A stretch of DNA of 43,028 nucleotides, taken from the UHGV virus genome UHGV-1854010. One strand, written 5' to 3'. The notes under the pieces were generated by a model that had not been told where the DNA came from, ran no database searches, and saw only the letters and a program-made list of their open reading frames with translations. The position numbers were made by a program, and so were the translations under genes. Below, piece after piece: positions 41,263 to 43,028 of the stretch; positions within the stretch are counted from its first letter, which is position 1; each line of letters begins with the position of its first letter. Source of the DNA: a virus.

Positions 41263-43028
41263 TGGACAGTATTAGAATTGCGATTCTGAGCGCAAATAAC
41301 ACACCAGTAGCATTTATGGACAACGCACACAAAAAGTCTATGCACTACTGGAAAGACGAATTGCACGAATACTTACAGGGTGCGGCCAATACTTACACCT
41401 TTACGGTGTCCGCAAAGCATCAGGATGCAGAGAATGTTACCGCCGGGAATAAGGTGGCGTTTATACACAAAGGGAAATCCTACTATCTAAACATCGTAAA
41501 CACTGAGCAGACAGAAGAGACGATCACAGCTACGGCGTGGTCGTTATCTTTTGAGCTAATCAACGAGGATGCAGGGGAATACAAGGCAGGACAGGCGATG
41601 AGCTTTGAAGAGTACCTTGCCATATTTGACGCGGAAAGAACACTGAAATTGGGGCTTAACGAGGTATCAGATAAGCGGATCACCAATGAGTGGACAGGCA
41701 CAACGTCTGTATTAAAGAGGCTGTTTTCCTTGGCGAACATATTTTCTGCGGAGATCGAATTTGAGACAGTCTTAAACAAGGACTACTCCTTAAAAGAGAT
41801 CGTCCTGAATGTCTATCGAGAACACTCCGGAGCGGACAGCGGAATCGGAGAATACCGGAATGACATCGTACTGAGGTACGGAAAAGGAATTACCGGAATT
41901 CGAAAAACCACAGATGCCGAGAAGCTTTACACCTGTATCCAGCCTACCGGTAAGGACGGGCTGACGATTAATGGACTGGATAAGAAAGAGTACGATGAGA
42001 ACGGCAATATCGTGTACTTTACAGACGGTGCGATCATCCGGGCACCACAGGCGAGAGACAGGTTTCCATCCAACATCGTAAATAAAGAGGATGCTTATAT
42101 CCTAATGCGGAAAGAGTACGATACAGACAGCAAGGACAAGCTCTATAGCATGGCTCTGTCTGATCTTAAAACAGCATCCGAACCAGTAGTGACCTACGAG
42201 GTGGATGGATATTTTGACACCAACATCGGAGACACTGTAAGGATGCAAGATCAGGAGTGGACACCAGTACTTTATCTACAGGCGAGAGTGTCCGAACAGG
42301 TGCGCAGTCTTACCAATCCAAAAACAGCAAAGACGGTATTTACAAACTACAAAGAGCTTACATCCGAAATTTCGGACAGCTTATTACAGAGGATGCAAGA
42401 CCTTATTAATAAAAATAAGGTTTATACTTGCTCTATCTCAACAAACAACGGCATTATCTTTAAAAATGGCATCGGTAGCACTACTCTGACAGCTTACGCT
42501 TACGATAACGGCGTGGATGTGGCAGACAAGCTACAATTCCGATGGAGCAAGGATGGACATGAGTTTTATGTTGGTAAGAGCGTTACGGTAAATGCTGCTG
42601 ACGTGGATACAAAGGCGGTGTACTCATTTGAGGCTCTAGAAAATGGGATAAAACGTGGGTATTACGAAGTCACAATCACGGATGTAATGGATGGAGAGGA
42701 TGGAAAAGACGGGGAACAGGGTCCTCAGGGCGAGAAAGGAGAGCAAGGCGAACAGGGACCTCCTGGTCCACAAGGCGCTCCGGGATTGGATGGTATACAG
42801 GGTCCAAAAGGGGATCAAGGAATCCCGGGAAAAGACGGAGTTGACGGAAAAACACAGTACACTCACATTTCTTATGCAAACAGTGCAGACGGGTCTAAAG
42901 ATTTTTCTGTATCCGACAGCAATCGGGATTATGTCGGAATGTACGTTGATTTTACGCAAAATGACAGCACAGACCCGAAAAAATACGCGTGGAGTAAGAT
43001 CAAAGGTGCGGACGGAGCAAACGGAACA
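41262..43028 (+). CDS. Tail-associated protein Tal / minor structural protein N-terminal portion (Prophage_tail domain), running into collagen-like repeats; 3' partial, continues in-frame at window position 1
   Basis: The N-terminal domain (IRIAILSANNTPVAFMD...YTFTVSAKHQ) is typical of siphovirus 'phage minor structural protein, N-terminal region'. From 42690 the protein becomes Gly-X-Y repeats plus the YTHISYANSADG...[21 protein letters not shown] module. No stop codon precedes the window end. Confidence 0.8.
   Translation, partial: MDSIRIAILSANNTPVAFMDNAHKKSMHYWKDELHEYLQGAANTYTFTVSAKHQDAENVTAGNKVAFIHKGKSYYLNIVNTEQTEETITATAWSLSFELINEDAGEYKAGQAMSFEEYLAIFDAERTLKLGLNEVSDKRITNEWTGTTSVLKRLFSLANIFSAEIEFETVLNKDYSLKEIVLNVYREHSGADSGIGEYRNDIVLRYGKGITGIRKTTDAEKLYTCIQPTGKDGLTINGLDKKEYDENGNIVYFTDGAIIRAPQARDRFPSNIVNKEDAYILMRKEYDTDSKDKLYSMALSDLKTASEPVVTYEVDGYFDTNIGDTVRMQDQEWTPVLYLQARVSEQVRSLTNPKTAKTVFTNYKELTSEISDSLLQRMQDLINKNKVYTCSISTNNGIIFKNGIGSTTLTAYAYDNGVDVADKLQFRWSKDGHEFYVGKSVTVNAADVDTKAVYSFEALENGIKRGYYEVTITDVMDGEDGKDGEQGPQGEKGEQGEQGPPGPQGAPGLDGIQGPKGDQGIPGKDGVDGKTQYTHISYANSADGSKDFSVSDSNRDYVGMYVDFTQNDSTDPKKYAWSKIKGADGANGT

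Overview
This 43 kb window looks like one complete genome unit of a temperate siphovirus-like phage, with a long non-contractile tail (tape measure, Dit and Tal proteins). Codon usage and GC (about 43-45%) suggest a Firmicutes/Clostridia host. Reading left to right: the C-terminal 1034 codons of a giant collagen-like tail-fibre/Tal gene, then a holin and amidase endolysin. Next comes a minus-strand lysogeny block: large serine integrase, a DUF4041+T5orf172 cargo gene, an ImmA/IrrE protease and an XRE repressor. A divergent operator/promoter switch separates this from a Cro-like gene, a Rha antirepressor and several small early genes. The replication module follows, in the order DUF2800 nuclease, DUF2815, family-A DNA polymerase, VirE-type primase/helicase, an iteron-rich putative origin, VRR-NUC and SNF2 helicase. 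After that come many small ORFs, an ArpU-type late regulator, a cargo island (tRNA-like minihelix, tRNA-Asn, an AT-rich HExxH moron and an IS element inserted just upstream of terS), and then the structural genes. These are terS, terL, SPP1-type portal, a MuF protein with a C-terminal extension, an AT-rich small gene, a phage-encoded Prp-like cysteine protease, scaffold, capsid, connectors, major tail protein, frameshifted chaperones, TMP, Dit, and the Tal/tail-fibre N-terminal 589 codons. The last codon of the window joins the first codon in-frame and in Gly-X-Y phase, so the window is a circular permutation (circular contig or one unit of a tandem array). The features I consider most interesting are listed here. 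(1) A phage Prp homolog plus L27-like 'LQLFA' N-terminal leaders on scaffold, capsid and, unusually, the major tail protein. (2) Two covarying conserved hairpins placed right after the capsid and tail-tube genes. (3) The DUF4041/T5orf172 gene sitting in the lysogeny module. (4) The MuF extension plus a small AT-rich gene, a possible toxin/immunity pair. (5) GTGAACA iteron clusters. (6) A tRNA-like minihelix.
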